Source of the DNA: Paraspadella gotoi
Lineage: Eukaryota; Animalia; Chaetognatha
DNA length: 64,000 nucleotides
NCBI GenBank assembly: GCA_051294375.1
Contig: CM119264.1
Span: 12,978,813 to 13,042,812 of the forward strand
Reading direction: 5' to 3'
Position 1 is the stretch's first letter, and each line of letters starts with the position of its first letter. Below the pieces are notes generated by a model. It was not told where the DNA came from. It ran no database searches and saw only the letters and a program-made list of their open reading frames with translations. Below are positions 20,065 to 33,904 of this stretch, piece by piece. Position numbers and translations under genes: made by a program.

Positions 20065-23000
20065 AGAGAGAGAGAAAGAGAGAGAGTGTGTGTGTTAGGA
20101 CCTTAAATATACAAGGTCAAAAATACTCACGAATTATTCATTATGTTCTAAAATAATAAATGTTTTAAATCGTAAATCAATAAAAACTAGAAAATAAAAG
20201 GAAACAAAGAACCTAAAATTTGAGAAAATAAAAAAGATAAAATTTCGGAAAGTTTGAAAAATGACATTTTTTAAGGGGAGAAAAAAAACGGGATTCTTTT
20301 CTTTATGTGAAACTCGACTTTAAATGTGATTCTTTGTAGATAACAAGAAAAAAATAAGTGATAAAGCCAATCATTTTAAAATCTTTTTTTTTTAAATCGA
20401 ATATTAGTTTTGTTAATTTTAAACTAATTGAGAAATTTAAATGACGTTTGAAAATCATTATTTTCAAGAGTTACTAAAGGGAGAGTGTTATTATTTTGGT
20501 TTTTCATTTTAATTCGTCGTGAATCAAAGTCGAGAAAGTTGCGAGTTTATATATGAGAGAAATATCGCGTCGCGGAAAATTCAGACGATGACCGAAGAAA
20601 AATTAAACAATTAAGAGAAAACAGCAAAAGAAAGATATTAGATTCTTTTAATAAATAAGCTTTATTACGGTAAAAATACAGCAGGGTGGATAAATATGTT
20701 ACAAATATATAACCATAAATGACTCGAAATTTACGTTTATAGGGTTTATAGGGCCATCGAATTGCCACATTTTGTTTCCAGTAATCTAATACTTTACGCA
20801 TTCTACTCCCGTCATCTGAAATACGAACCCGTACCACTTTTTTCACTTCTTGAGAAATCCGCGTGGCGACAACAACAACGACAAAAGTTCATAAAAAAAG
20901 GAAGAAGAAAGATTCTTTTGTGACTTTAGATGGATCGCATGGTTAACCCGCAGTTTTGAGTAAAAGGTTTATTTCTTTATATAATCATTGTTTCTGTATA
21001 TTAAATGAAAAAGTATTCGGCTCTCATGGATTTTTAATTTACGCTAATGCTAATGTTGTTCTAAAAAATATATATTTGATATGGATAATGTCCAGCTAGG
21101 TAAAATAAAACCTGTCAAAGAAACGAAGCTAAAACAGATGCTCTTTTTTATTTGTGAAGCTTTTCCCGTAAAAAGTCATGAGAAAGATCTCTCTTTCGAT
21201 CTCCCGCTAAACGCCTTGCCAAAATACATCCAGTGGTCACGTTATGATGATATTGTTCTAAAATAGTCATTTACACTCATCTGACGTTAGGTTTTTAGTT
21301 AACGTACTATATTTTTATTGATTTATATTGTGTTTATTGTTTCTGATTTAAATCATGAGTTGGTTTTGAATTCCTACTTATTAAATAAATAAATGCATAA
21401 CATTTTTTCTAATAAATTAAAAAGTTCGCAGGAAAAGTGAATCGCGAGCAATAAAAAAAAAACACCCAAGGAAAAACCTTTTGTTTTGTTTCTTTTGAAT
21501 TCGCGACGATTTCTCGTGAGAAGAGAAAAAACAAAGGAGGGAAGAGGAATTTCGTTTACACAATTTGAGGTCAACCGAAATAAGAAAAAAGAAATGGGGG
21601 AACGGCGCGATCGAGTCGGTGAATATACGGGCGCCAGGGGGGAGGTGGGGTAGGGTGGGGAAAAAAGGTGGAAATAGTTTGCAAGAGGGGATTTCACGCA
21701 AAGGTTGCTCTATCAGGCAAATCATTTAAGCCGGCTTCTAGTCAGTTGGTCACGCTGTTTGATAAGACGCGCCATTTATATAAAGACAATGATAAGCTAT
21801 AAATAATTAATAAATTTTAGAAATTCCTAATAAATACTGAGGATAAACAATATTTCTTGCGAATTATTTCTTTATTCATTCGCCCTGGCCAGAGCCGCCG
21901 GCTGGGGCCCGCATTGAGAGGGCGACGACCAAAGACCAAAGACCGAGGACCTTCTCTTCCTCAGTCTCGATCCCTCTCGCTCCCTTCCCCCCTTTGAGGC
22001 CGCTCCTTCACCAGAGCTCCTTCTCCTGTGGCTTCCCATTTTAACTTCCTTTTTTTTTTTACCAAATTTCTCAAATGAAGCAATGATTCAATTTTAAGAT
22101 AAAGAAACAATTATGAAATCATAACATAATTTCTTGTTTGCTCTTTTTTCATTCTTATTTTTTTTTTGGTTTTCAGGGACCTTGCTCTCGGTATAGTATC
22201 AGTTTGTGGAAATGTTTTTTTGTGTCACTCGATTGTAAGTTTTGTAAGATTTGTAACCTTTAGAAAAAAAAAAAAAAAGAAAAAGAAAAACCCTTAAAAT
22301 ATTATTATGACGTTAATTCAGATTTTTTTTCACTTGGCCATTTTTCCTACTCTTTGTTTTCGTTTTCCAATTGGAAATATTCCGTCAGCCAAAGTCATCG
22401 TCCCTTTCGATAAAGATCAACTGATAATGGCGATAAAAATGAAGCGATTGTACCGTATCAGTTCTCATCTCAGATTGCTTAAATAATCCGCTTCGGGAAC
22501 TTTGATTCTACCTCATTCTGATTCTACCTGATTCTCACTCGCTCTCATTGAGTCGAGGACTCGTCGCATAAAAAACAAACACGATGAAAGATTCTGAGTT
22601 CTAGTGTTTTTATTCTTAAAATTACTTTACAAGACCGGTACGAAATTAATAATAATTGTTTCTAAATCGCATTGAGAAACGACGACGGCGAAAGCGACTT
22701 TGAATGCGAATCGAAAAGAAAAGTTGTCAGTTTTTTTTCGCGCAAGTAACATGATTCTCTGTTTCTGAATCAAAAAATCTTTTCAAATGCATTCAAGTTA
22801 GTCCCATTAAAGATCTCCGTGGGAGATCGCCGTGATGAGTAATAGCGCCAACAGTTCAATAGAATATTGTGGTTAAAGAACAGTAACTCAAAACAGTTTT
22901 TCTAAATAAAATTAAAAATAATGAATAAGTCATGAAATGCGATTAAAGCCCCGGAAACAAAAATAAAAATAAATAATAAAAAGAATCAACTGAAAGTTCA

Positions 23001-23657
23001 CAATTAATAGTTGTTCTTTTTCATTTTGGATGAAATTATAAATTGGAGAGACTCCTGTGAAAGTGACGGCATGATGACAGGTCGTGACGCGTCTGTGTAA
23101 GAGGGAGAGACAAAAGTGAAACGCGTAAAAAAGTTTAATAAAGTTTTTTTTTAATACGTATTATTTTTTAATGAAAAAATTAACCTTATGGTAAAGACGT
23201 TCAAGAGCCGCAGCGTCGTTTCCGGAGATCTGCCAAAAAACATTGTCCGATTTATGATTTATGATTTTTTTTTCTTATTTTGAGACGCTTTCACCTCACT
23301 TTTATAAATTACTATTTTTCCCTTAATTTATCTCTGATTCTCTCTCTTTTTTCGTCGGAAACAATCACCGAGTCGGACGGATAAAACCACTTTGCTCGGA
23401 AGGTTTGCTTTGTTTTCTTTTTCCCCCTTGCTTTATTGCAATATCAAAAATGAAAAAAAAAATATTGGCTTCTACCTCGAGGCAAATAAGAGATTGCCTT
23501 CCGACGAGATGAGACATTTCTTGAAGTTCCTGTATCGGAGTTAAATGATTTACAAATAATTATTAAGCAAAGAAGTGAAGCGAATTAACGAGATCATATC
23601 CGAAACAGTTTCTTTTTGTCAAAGGTTAAAATATTGATTAACGACAAACTGATTTAC

Positions 23658-26414
23658 CTACTCAGTGACGCGATCAGTGTAGCGCTCATGCATCCACTTG
23701 CACTGTTTGTTAAACTACGAAAAAGAGAATAAAGATTAATTTAATTTATTTTATAGAATTAGTTATGAATCCTTTATATACCGGCCGGATATGGTCTCCG
23801 CCAACAGAGGAAAACAAAGGGGCAACGACATACGCCAAGTCTCGTGCGAGAGGGCGAGACTTAAACGATCACTGGCTTACGAGACGTGAAGGCATTTTTC
23901 AAACGGGATTTGTGCAAGAAAAGTCTATGATAATTTTTTTTAAAAATGCTGTTGTCCTTTCTGTCTTGTAAGCCAGTGCTGATGACATAGCACCTCTCAC
24001 ACAATCTCTCATGCCACTTAAGTGAAAAGCTCGGTACTCACGCTGATGGCTTGCCACATTTCGTGCTTTTCCCTCAAAAGCTGCGTTGCTCTTTTGTCCA
24101 ACCTCATGACTTCTTCGCCGATGCTTCGGATTTCACCTTGGTGCGTCAGTTTGTCCGTCTCGGCCGAAATCGTCCGGTTTTTTAGAGCCTGGTAACCTGA
24201 TAGTGGAAGGGAATCGAAATTGACTGCTAATGCATACCATACGAGAAGTATTTCATGTCAGCTGTCATTGCCAATAATAATAATAGCTTTACTGGTTGAT
24301 TATCGCAGAAGATACTTTTTAAGTGCCTAACGATCTGAGACAATCATCGATCGCTCACCTCCCAGTGCCTCGTCTCTTTTATTTTTCATTTCCGCCAAGA
24401 GATTTTCTTTCTCTTTCTTTTCCATCACCACATCTTCCTTCCACTTCTTCAACTCGGCCTGCAGACTTTTTCTTTCGTCCGCAATGTTTCTCTCCGCTTC
24501 CGACAGATGGGAGGCTGCGTCTGAGTTCAGAAACCGCAAAATTAACAAAAGGCGTTAAATTAAGTTAATTTCTATTATATTTAACAATTTACTTGCGTTC
24601 TCTCTCTCCATCGTTTTTATCATCGTTCTCACGTCGCCCGAAATTCTTTCTTGATCAGCGTAGAGAGTTTTCATATCTTCAAGTTTCTAAAAAAATATCT
24701 ATTTAACTTTTTCACCAGATTTTATCGTTATAAATTAGATGCAGTTGAAAATTGAACTGTCTTCCGGTATAAATTTAAATGAGTTCATGCGACAACAACA
24801 ACAACAACAACAACTTTCTTGGCGATTTTTCGATCAACAACGACAACAACAACAAGGAGGTCTTCCCGACCTTTTTCAAGTCTCTGTTCTTCGCCTCGAC
24901 TCTCCTCCGCTCCTCAACTTTAGCGTTGAGGAGCTCCTCAAGTTTGTGAATTCCTTCCGCGAGAAGTTTTCGTCTCTCCTCCTCCTCCTTCTTCTTTCTG
25001 ATCTTCGCCGATTCGCTCACAACCACCATGTAAAACTGATACCTGACAAATAATAAATACATTAATTAATTAATTAATTAATTAAGTAAATAGCTTTCCC
25101 TTTAAGTCAGACTAACCAGGGCCAGTTCTTGCACTTGTAGTAGTTCCTGATGTTGTTTTGTAGTGAGAAGAGAAGTTTCTTTTCTCGCCGCTTGAGGGCG
25201 TAAGTTGACTTGATAAGCACGTTTCTCGACGCCGCCTGCATCTTCAGAACGATGACGCTCAGCGCCGATTCGCGAATCTCTTCCAGATTGGATAGTTTTC
25301 CCGCGCGAAACATTATCTGTGAAGAATTATTAGGATAGACAAAACTTTATTACTAACTGAATCTAATGTGATTGTATGAAGTACCGTAGTTAATAATGAT
25401 ATATTATTGCAAAGCTGGTCCAAAAATCGAGAAACATTGTTTTGTATTGATAGTTTATTATAAATGCGTGTTCCTCTTCAGACGCGTTTACACTGAACAA
25501 TTGAACATGGCTTGTACTATTAGATACATTTGTAGATGATATAAGTCGGTAGTCACATCATAGCTAATCGGTTCGCGTCTCCCACTGTACTCTGTTATGT
25601 CCAACAGCAGATTCATACACTAAGCCTATGAACGTGAGCGTCGACTGCGTCGCCACGTTGAAGACCTCAGATGAAGCGCCGATCAGAAGGCGCCCACTAC
25701 CATCTCCCACTGGCGATTCGCAAGATTTATCCTCCCGACAATTAAAAATATATTTCAAAAGGATCACGTGATCGACACATAATCTAGGCTGTTCCGTTTT
25801 AATCATTTGTGATTTTTTCAAGATTTCGAGAAAGCGAGAAATTGGATATTTGATTCGCCAGACGATTCTTATCGCCGTCGGAAGATTCGACCCCAACTCG
25901 AAACATCACGGAGACGACGATGACGACGACGAAAAGATAAGAACGACGAAAACGAAGACGGGGGTCATGATGAGCCGGCAGAACTTTCTCCGGCCGTTTT
26001 TTTTTTCCAGTTGCAGATACAAGACTGTACAAGCTTGGTTTATTTTATTCAGAGTAAAGTTTAGCGTAAATCTATTTCAGTTTTTTTTTCTTAGTATTGA
26101 CAGTAGTGTTTGTTATTTAGAATTTTTTAGGGATGAATTAAATAAATTAAACGAAATCATTTTATTCGGTTTGATCTAAAAAAATAAAATATTTAACTCC
26201 CTTCCCCTGATCTCGTACTACAAATTGTTTTAAGCTGTTACACAATCGTTCCTTTCCTTCCTCGACTGAGAAAGGAATGTGGATCTCAATCGATTTTTTC
26301 CGCCATTTTTTTTTTCGTCTTTTTCGCTTCGAATGTCACGAAATCGACATCAAGAATGACAGAAAAAAAAATAGAGTCACAATAAGAGTGAATACAATTA
26401 AATTACTAGTAACA

Positions 26415-26506
<92 letters not shown>

Positions 26507-29481
26507 GAGAGGAGACCTCAACGTTCAACAACTAATAGCTTTAAAAGTAACCCAGAACGTTGAGCAGCCTCTTACCTTCGTGTGGCCGCATCTGAAATCG
26601 TCCACGTTCATTCCGACAGAGGGCAGCGCCTTTGTGGCGCAATTTTTTGGGTCGTCCTTCAAATCGGAGAAGATCTTCGGCGCAACGATGGAATATCTGG
26701 AGCAAAGTATGGAGGAGTATCGCCCAAAAATTAACTCTCCCTCCCCGACCCCAACCTGCTCATGAAATCCGCGTAGGGCACTTTGTTCGGCAGCCCCAGC
26801 ATGCATATGCGGATGCCCTCCAACACGCCGTTGCAGTTGAGTTGATGCATGACGAGCGGCGCCTCGATGAAGCCAGACTTCTTGATCTCGTTGGGGATGA
26901 TGCATCGCACGAAGTGAGGGTGAGTCGAGTTTAAGTTGGTCATCAATTTGTGGAGAGACTCACGATGCGCGGCCGAGATCGTCATCAGCGCTGGAGTGGG
27001 CGAGGGGAGTTGACATAAGTCAAGAGTTGATTATTTTTTTTAACCCCTCACAGGGACTGCTCACGTTTTATTGCGACTTCACTGAACCCGTTTCTGATAT
27101 TTCTTTTTCTTCGCAAACACCATATTCGTTTCGGCCTCCATGAACTCCCCATAATCCGGGGCCTTTCTCTCTTTTATTGACTCGATCTAAACTTGTCTCC
27201 CAATTCGACCTCACCCGATCCCAATTCGACCTCACCCGATCCCTTCTTCTTTTCTCCTCCGGCTTTTTCTTGGAAAACGAGAGAAACGATTGGATTCGTT
27301 GCCGCATGCATCATGTTGACGACGGCCTCGTTGACCGGATCCTGCGCGTAAACAGGGGATTTAGGCGGGGGGGGGGTCTAAGCTCTGTTTGTCTTATTGA
27401 GCTATACTCTCTGTCTCTCTTTAACTTTTCTTGTTCTGTTTTTTAAATGGCACAGTGGTTAAATAAAACACACATTTGATTCCCCGCTTTTCTCCCTTTC
27501 TCCATCAACCCCGGCACCTTGTTCTTGAACAGCCATCCCGTGACGTTGTAATTGACGATGCCCGCGTAGTGTCCGATCTGGAAATGCGCTTCGGGCGCCC
27601 CCTTCTTGGGTGGCTTCGGCTTCCCAAAGCACTCCGACTTTCCAAGATGCTTGTTCATCAGCTTCTCGAGGAAGGTCTTGTCCGAGGCTTTGGGCACGAT
27701 GCACTCTTCCTCCAGGATGGAGAGAACGCCCATTTTTTTCTCGATCAGTTCGATCGTCTTGACCTGGAACGAGATGAGAAGTTGTTGTTGTTGTTATTAT
27801 TGTTATTTTGTGGTTCAGTGTTTTTAATTTCGAGGTACCCGGCCCTGTTAAAAACGGGCCGCTGTATTTTTTTTTCTTGTTTAAATGTTGATTTTTTTTT
27901 AACCGAAGACAGAAAGTTAACCTCTATCGCTGTATAAACATAGAATAGATATTAAATAAATATTTAAAAAAATCATGAAGGTTTCCGACACGAGCCGTTG
28001 AAAACTTGATTCGATTTCGTTCCGATCTCAATAACAAATAAATTTTACAAGGCGTCACGCTTCGCAGAGTTATTAATCCATTACGCCATTAATCCATTCG
28101 CGTTTCATTCGCTCTGCATTTCGGGCCTCGAGATAAAGAGACAAACACGTACACGTACACGTACACGTAAGAGTCGGGAAAATGTGGAATTAGAAGAAAG
28201 CAGTTAATGGGACACGGAAGCGGGATTCTATGTTCAAATTTGTAAAATAAATAAATTGTTTTGAAACTTTAAATAAATGTTGCCATTTAATTTGTTCCGA
28301 GGATCTGTACCCACCAGATCGAGGCCAAAGTCGATGAAGTCCCATTGGATGCCTTCTCGCTTGTACTCCTCCTGCTCCTCCACGAACATGTGATGGTTGA
28401 AGAACTGCTGGAGCCGCTCGTTGGTGTAGTTGATGAGCAGCTGCTCCAGCACGTTGAGATCGAAAATTTCGAAACCTGAGAAAATAAAGGGGCTAAAACG
28501 AAATGAAACAACGAGCATGTAACTATCCAACCCACTATTCAAATAATTATCTTATTGTGGCGGTATATTCACACCGCCTCACGTCCACCATCGTTCAGCC
28601 AATAACATTGGCTCAGAGGGGGAACGCTCCATCCGAGGCGTTGCTTTCCATCCACAGTCATATAACGACTTCCCTCTGCGTTGGCAAAGCGAGACCTAGG
28701 GTAACCGCGCCAGTGACAGGAGGCGGAAGCCCCCAACACCAACGGTGAGATGCTCCATCCCAATTGGTATCACAGGCAACCCGAATATTGTCATATTATA
28801 ACTATTTTTTACAAGTTTCAAATTTAACTGAATAATTCATTAGCGATCAAAAGCAAAATAAAAAAAAAAGAACAAACGGACTCCCCCATTACCCGCGATA
28901 TCGAGCACGCCGATGAACGTCTTCCTCGGATTGGGCGTGTCCAGCGACGCGTTGACTTTGTTGACGATCCAATCGAAGAGACGCGCGAAGAGAGACTTGG
29001 ATGTCGCGGAGACGGAGAAGGAGACCTTGGAGTGGCGGACACGACATGCTGACATGGTTACTGAACTATGGACATGAATAATGAACGACTGAGACTCGCC
29101 TGATCCACATTCTGACCCTTTTTCACGAAATCGTTGCCGACTTTGAGTTTCGGCTTCATGAAAGTGTCGACGAAGACATCGGGGTCGACGCCCAAGAGAG
29201 ACGCGCAGTCAGTGACCTCGTCCATCCCGTCGGGTTCCGCCTTTGGAGGGTCGGGACGAGGCCGTTCGTAAAGAAAATGTAACTCGTTCCTCCTTTGAGG
29301 CTCTTACCTGTTCCTCCCGTCCCCTCTGCTTCCAATGGGCGTTGCCCAAATGAGCCACGGCGATGGTTCCCTTGTAGAGTCCATTCTTTTCGTCCTGAGA
29401 GAAACCCAAAGTGTCGAAGGCCTCGTCCGTCGCTCGCATCTCTTCCGCGTCGTCCATTCCTATGGAAGAGAGGTGGAGAGA

Positions 29482-29549
<68 letters not shown>

Positions 29550-32356
29550 AGGAGGAGAGAGCCAACCGAAAAAAACAAAAACAGTTCAAAAGATCAACAT
29601 TATTCCCCAACACATCAAATCTCAAACCAGAACTTACCAGCCACGGTCAACACTCCCTGACTGACGAAATAGTATTTTCCCGGATCGGGTTATTCCCCAA
29701 CCCGACACATAGGGTGATACTGAGGGTAAGCGTTCGTCATGATCTGATAGAAGATGTGATAATTTCGCTCGATCTCCATTTGGAAAGTGATGCGAGATTT
29801 CTCCAGTAGGTAAGTCTCGATGTCGGCCGAAGCGATTTTGAAACTGGGGCCGAAGTGAATGCGGATGAACTTGCCCTTTATTAAGGGATGGGAGGAGGAG
29901 GAGGCATTATTGAAGAGGATAAGAGTGGGAGAGAGAAGGGTGAAAAATATGATGATGTGGCGGTATATTCACACCGCCTCAAATCCACCAACGTTCAGTT
30001 CAGAGGGGAACACACCATCCTAAGTGTTGTGTTCCATCCACAGTCCTAACGACTTTCCTCTGCGTTGGCAAAGCAACCCGTCCTAGGGTAACCGCGACAG
30101 CGACTGGAGGAGTCACTGAGGGTCGGAAACCTCCAAAACCAACAGTGAGATGCCCCATCCCAATGGGCATCACAGGCAACCCGGCTGTTACCACAATGAA
30201 CTCATTACAGAATGAGATTCTTTCACTCGTAATTCTTTTAACATTTTCATCCTTCTCAACTGATGACTCAGAAATTCCTAGAACCACGAGCAAACAAAAA
30301 CAACATCGCTATGCTCACGAATCTGCTCGAGTTATTGTTCCTGACGGTCTTGGCGTTGCCGTATGCCTCCAGCGGGGGGTTGGCCTGAATTATCTGCTCC
30401 TCCAGGGATCGCTGAGTCTCCCCCTTAGACTTGGCGGCGTTGGGGTCGGCGCAGTTGAGCGCGTAGTACTGAAGGACCTTCTTCGTGTTCTCGGTCTTTC
30501 CGGCGCCGGATTCGCCGGTGATTAGGGAAGACTGGTTCTTGGATTCTGATCGAGGTGATGGCGATGGGGTGATGGAGAGAAGACCGAGAATGATGCAAAA
30601 AGATGAAAAATACATTTCGGAATTATTTAATGTTTTTTACGATTTTTTTTTCTGTATTTAGATGAGAAAAAAAAAAGAAATCAGCAACGAAAAAAAAGGA
30701 TTTAATACAATATTATACGTATTATAAATTGTAACTACTTACCCATTTCCATGAATTGCAATGCTCCGTCGGCAATGGCGTACAGATGAGGCGGCGCTTC
30801 GTTTCGTCTTCAGGGCAAAAACGACAAAACGAAAGAAATGAAAAGAGATGATTAAATGCTTACATGATTGTTTTTTAGATAAAAATAATAAAAGGAAAAG
30901 CATTTGTCGGAAAATTAATGTGATCGAAAAAGGATTCTTCACGATATTTTTTCTTCTATTTTTTCACCTTTTGTTTCTGTAGTAATTCCTCATGACTTGC
31001 GTGTACACGTTGAGCCATTTGTAAGGATTGATGCACACGCAGAAGAGGCCCGAATAGGTGTAAATGAGGAGGCATCGGTAGCGCGTGCGCAGATTGTGCA
31101 AAACGCAAGCGCGGTTTAAGACGGACAGATTTGACATGTCCTCTTCCTGAAAAACGATAGGAGTGCCGTTTTGAATTGCCGGTTTGTTTTTGTTTGTTAT
31201 GTTTTGTTGATGCCGACGGTTTTAACGAGTTTTGGTTTTTCTTATGAATTATTCGATAACGCGACGGCGAAAACGGTCGGCGCCATCGAGAACATTTTAT
31301 CTTTTGTCTTTTGTCTTTTGAGGAGCGAGCAAGCAAAATCATCTTTTTAAGGAGTGAAAATCAAGGCCTTGTTTTCTTTCTAAGTTGACACTGAATAATT
31401 ACATATTCTAGTTAATCTTTTACCTTGTAACGCTAGTTAGTATTCACATTATTAATATGTTTCTTTTTATCACATATAATTACCACGATTGTCGTCTACT
31501 CATTACTCGACCTTTTCAAACTTTGGCGGGTTTTGCTCCCACACTTTGTCACCCGGCAGTGTAAGGGCGCCGCCTTTGTCAGTTTCCACGGAGACTTTGT
31601 CGCCATCTTTCTTGACGATTTTGGCTTTGATGTAAACTTCCTCGGGGTCCTCTACCCAGCAAGCGGTCTGAAGAGGAGGAAGGGAAAGAAAAGAAGGAAA
31701 TGAGTGGAGGAAAGAAAATAAGAAATTAATATGGATTGATTTGAACTGGGAGATAAGAAATGAGATGGAATGATGGAAGTTAAAATTAGATGAAGAGGAG
31801 AACAAGGATTTGAAGAAAAAGGGAAAAAAAGGTCGCAAGGAAAGAAGTGGAGTGGGAAAGACTAATGGAAATGTAGAGGAGAAACAAAAGAACTCGAGGG
31901 AGGGAATCGAGAAAAAGTCACTAGAAAAAAAAAAAGAAACTCTTAACGATTTGTCTCTGCGTTTAATGGTTCGGAAATCCGAGGGAAAATCGAGAACCCT
32001 TAACCCGAATCTTTGGCTTCTGTCGTAAAGAATCAATAATTGAGGGTCGTCGACCGAACTTACCTTGTCGTTTGAGGGTGGGGTAAGAGGTCAAAAATGA
32101 TTAACAAATCAAAATTGGGTCCATTTTAAGGTTTTCATTGTCAAATATTCGTCAACTTTGGTCACTAAATCAACTGGTGGAATTTGAGTTTGGAATGAAA
32201 CATCAATGAAGTGTCAGGGAGAGTGCAACTTGCCTTGGCGTCAAAAGGAGCGGACCTTTCCTTTAGAAGTTCATTCATGGGGGTTTGCAGCCAGCACCAA
32301 TCGGGATGGTTGGGCGTAAGGCGCTCCGCCTCTCCGGGTTTCAACACGTGGGCCAT
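23658..32356 (-). CDS. Muscle-type myosin II heavy chain with complete SH3-like, motor and IQ regions but a short coiled-coil tail (stop at 23658, or at about 23004-23040 if three further small exons are used)
   Basis: Exons encode [24 protein letters not shown]-loop [13 protein letters not shown], switch I NNNSSRFGKFI, switch [35 protein letters not shown] and NWPW, followed by heptad-rich exons. Confidence 0.9.
25438..25740 (-). mobile_element. Possible degenerate solo LTR in a myosin intron
   Basis: Minus strand TGTCGGGAGG ... CTGAAGAGG ... AATAAA ... CAAAACA. TG...CA ends are present but no TSD was found. Confidence 0.35.
28556..28795 (+). mobile_element. 240-bp structured repeat, copy A (solo-LTR-like), TSD TTAT
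   Basis: ttat|TGTGGCGGTATATTCACACCGCC...GGCAACCCGAATATTGTCATA|ttat; homologous to 29956-30195 and 48511-48760. Confidence 0.8.
29956..30195 (+). mobile_element. 240-bp structured repeat, copy B (solo-LTR-like), TGTGG...CCACA termini, TSD ATGA
   Basis: atga|TGTGGCGG...GTTACCACA|atga. Confidence 0.85.
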
Positions 32357-33818
32357 CTGATGAAATAAAAACAAGTTTTTATACTAAAAAAAAGTGGAGG
32401 GAAATTTGTGGAACTTCCATCCCATTTGTTCAAACCGTAAACGTTTTTAAAATTTGTATATTTATGGCCTTTTTTTATTTCAATACTGAAAAAACAAATT
32501 GGCGACATCAGAAGAACAGTTTTCATTTTTTTTTTTTCGTTGATGTCGAATATATTGTAAACCAATATTATGGTTTCCGCAATAATTTCTGCATTAATTA
32601 TTATACAAATTAAGTGCGATATAGCAATAATTACAAGGGAGCATTGATTTTTCAAAATTTAATAAGATCAAAATTCGAACCATTAAAAAATACATTATAC
32701 ACGGTTGGTAATGAATTATAAAACGCTTGAATGTTTAAACTGCCTTATTTTTTTTCAAAATATGTTTAATAAAATAATATTTTTTTTAATATTTTATATT
32801 TCTCTTTCTCCAATACAACGTTCATTTTAAACCTTCGAATTACTCTCGTTCAGACAGTATACACCTTTATTTTCTACGGATAAAAGAAAATAACATAAAT
32901 CATAAATTATTTGCATTAATTAATTAATGGACTCACCCTCGTCGATGGTTTATTCAATGGGTTCGACTCGGAGTTCCGTTCTTTTCTTCTTTCATCCCCT
33001 GAAGGAAAACCGAAGCGGCCTCCGATTTTATACTTTCTCTCGCGCCTCTTTCTTTTTTTTTCTTCTTTTTTCTCTTCTTAATCCCTATTCAGTATTCATA
33101 TTCTCTCCTCTTTTTTTTCTTCATCCCTCAACCTCTTCCACCATCAGCTTCCAATCTTTTTCCTCGTCTTCATCTCCGCCCCCCCCTTCGTCCTTCGTCC
33201 GACCGACTCGATCGAGACCGACTCAATCCATTCTCTCCCGAAATCACGGATTTTCTCGGGCCGCCCCTTTCTTTTTCTTTCAATTCACTACGAGTTCGAA
33301 TCAAGGAAACTGGGGAATTTTACCCACGAAATCTCGGCCAAGCGTATGCGTAATGTTCTCGTCTTCGTGGTCGTCGTAGTCGTCGATGTCATCTTTATTA
33401 TTTCTTTTTTTATTCCTGTGGTATTTTCTCTTCGTCGCTGTTTTCATTAGTGTCAGTTATCTTGTCATTGGAAATGTAAATAGTTAACCTTCTCTAGCTT
33501 TTTTCGTTTTGTTTAGCGAAAATAAAATGGTCTGGTATTTTCAAAGAAGTACATATTATTCAATAATTTAACAATCTGCTATCTCTCTGTGGTTGGCAAG
33601 ATATACAGGAAGCTCATTCCCTGAATAAACAAGCAATGCGAAATTTGCTTTTAAATAGCCATTTCTCTTTTTCCTGTCTCCCTCTTTCGCTGACCCCATG
33701 AAAAAAAGAAATAAACTAAAAATAAAATATAAAACTAAAAAAAGGAAAACATTTAAGAAAATATAGAAGTCAAAACGCTGCTGATAATGAAAGGAAAATT
33801 TGAGACGCGATGAAAGAG

Positions 33819-33904
<86 letters not shown>

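Noticed and set aside
21702-21773. Imperfect hairpin with faint miR-2-like sequence
   Set aside because: Many bulges and G-U pairs, and no exact known seed at an arm end.
25461-25490. CTGAAGA inside a hairpin on the minus strand (hammerhead-like)
   Set aside because: No stem II followed by GAAA and no cleavage triplet in register.
25860-25990. Exon-like GC-rich segment antisense in a myosin intron
   Set aside because: No partner exons, clear donor or recognisable motif.
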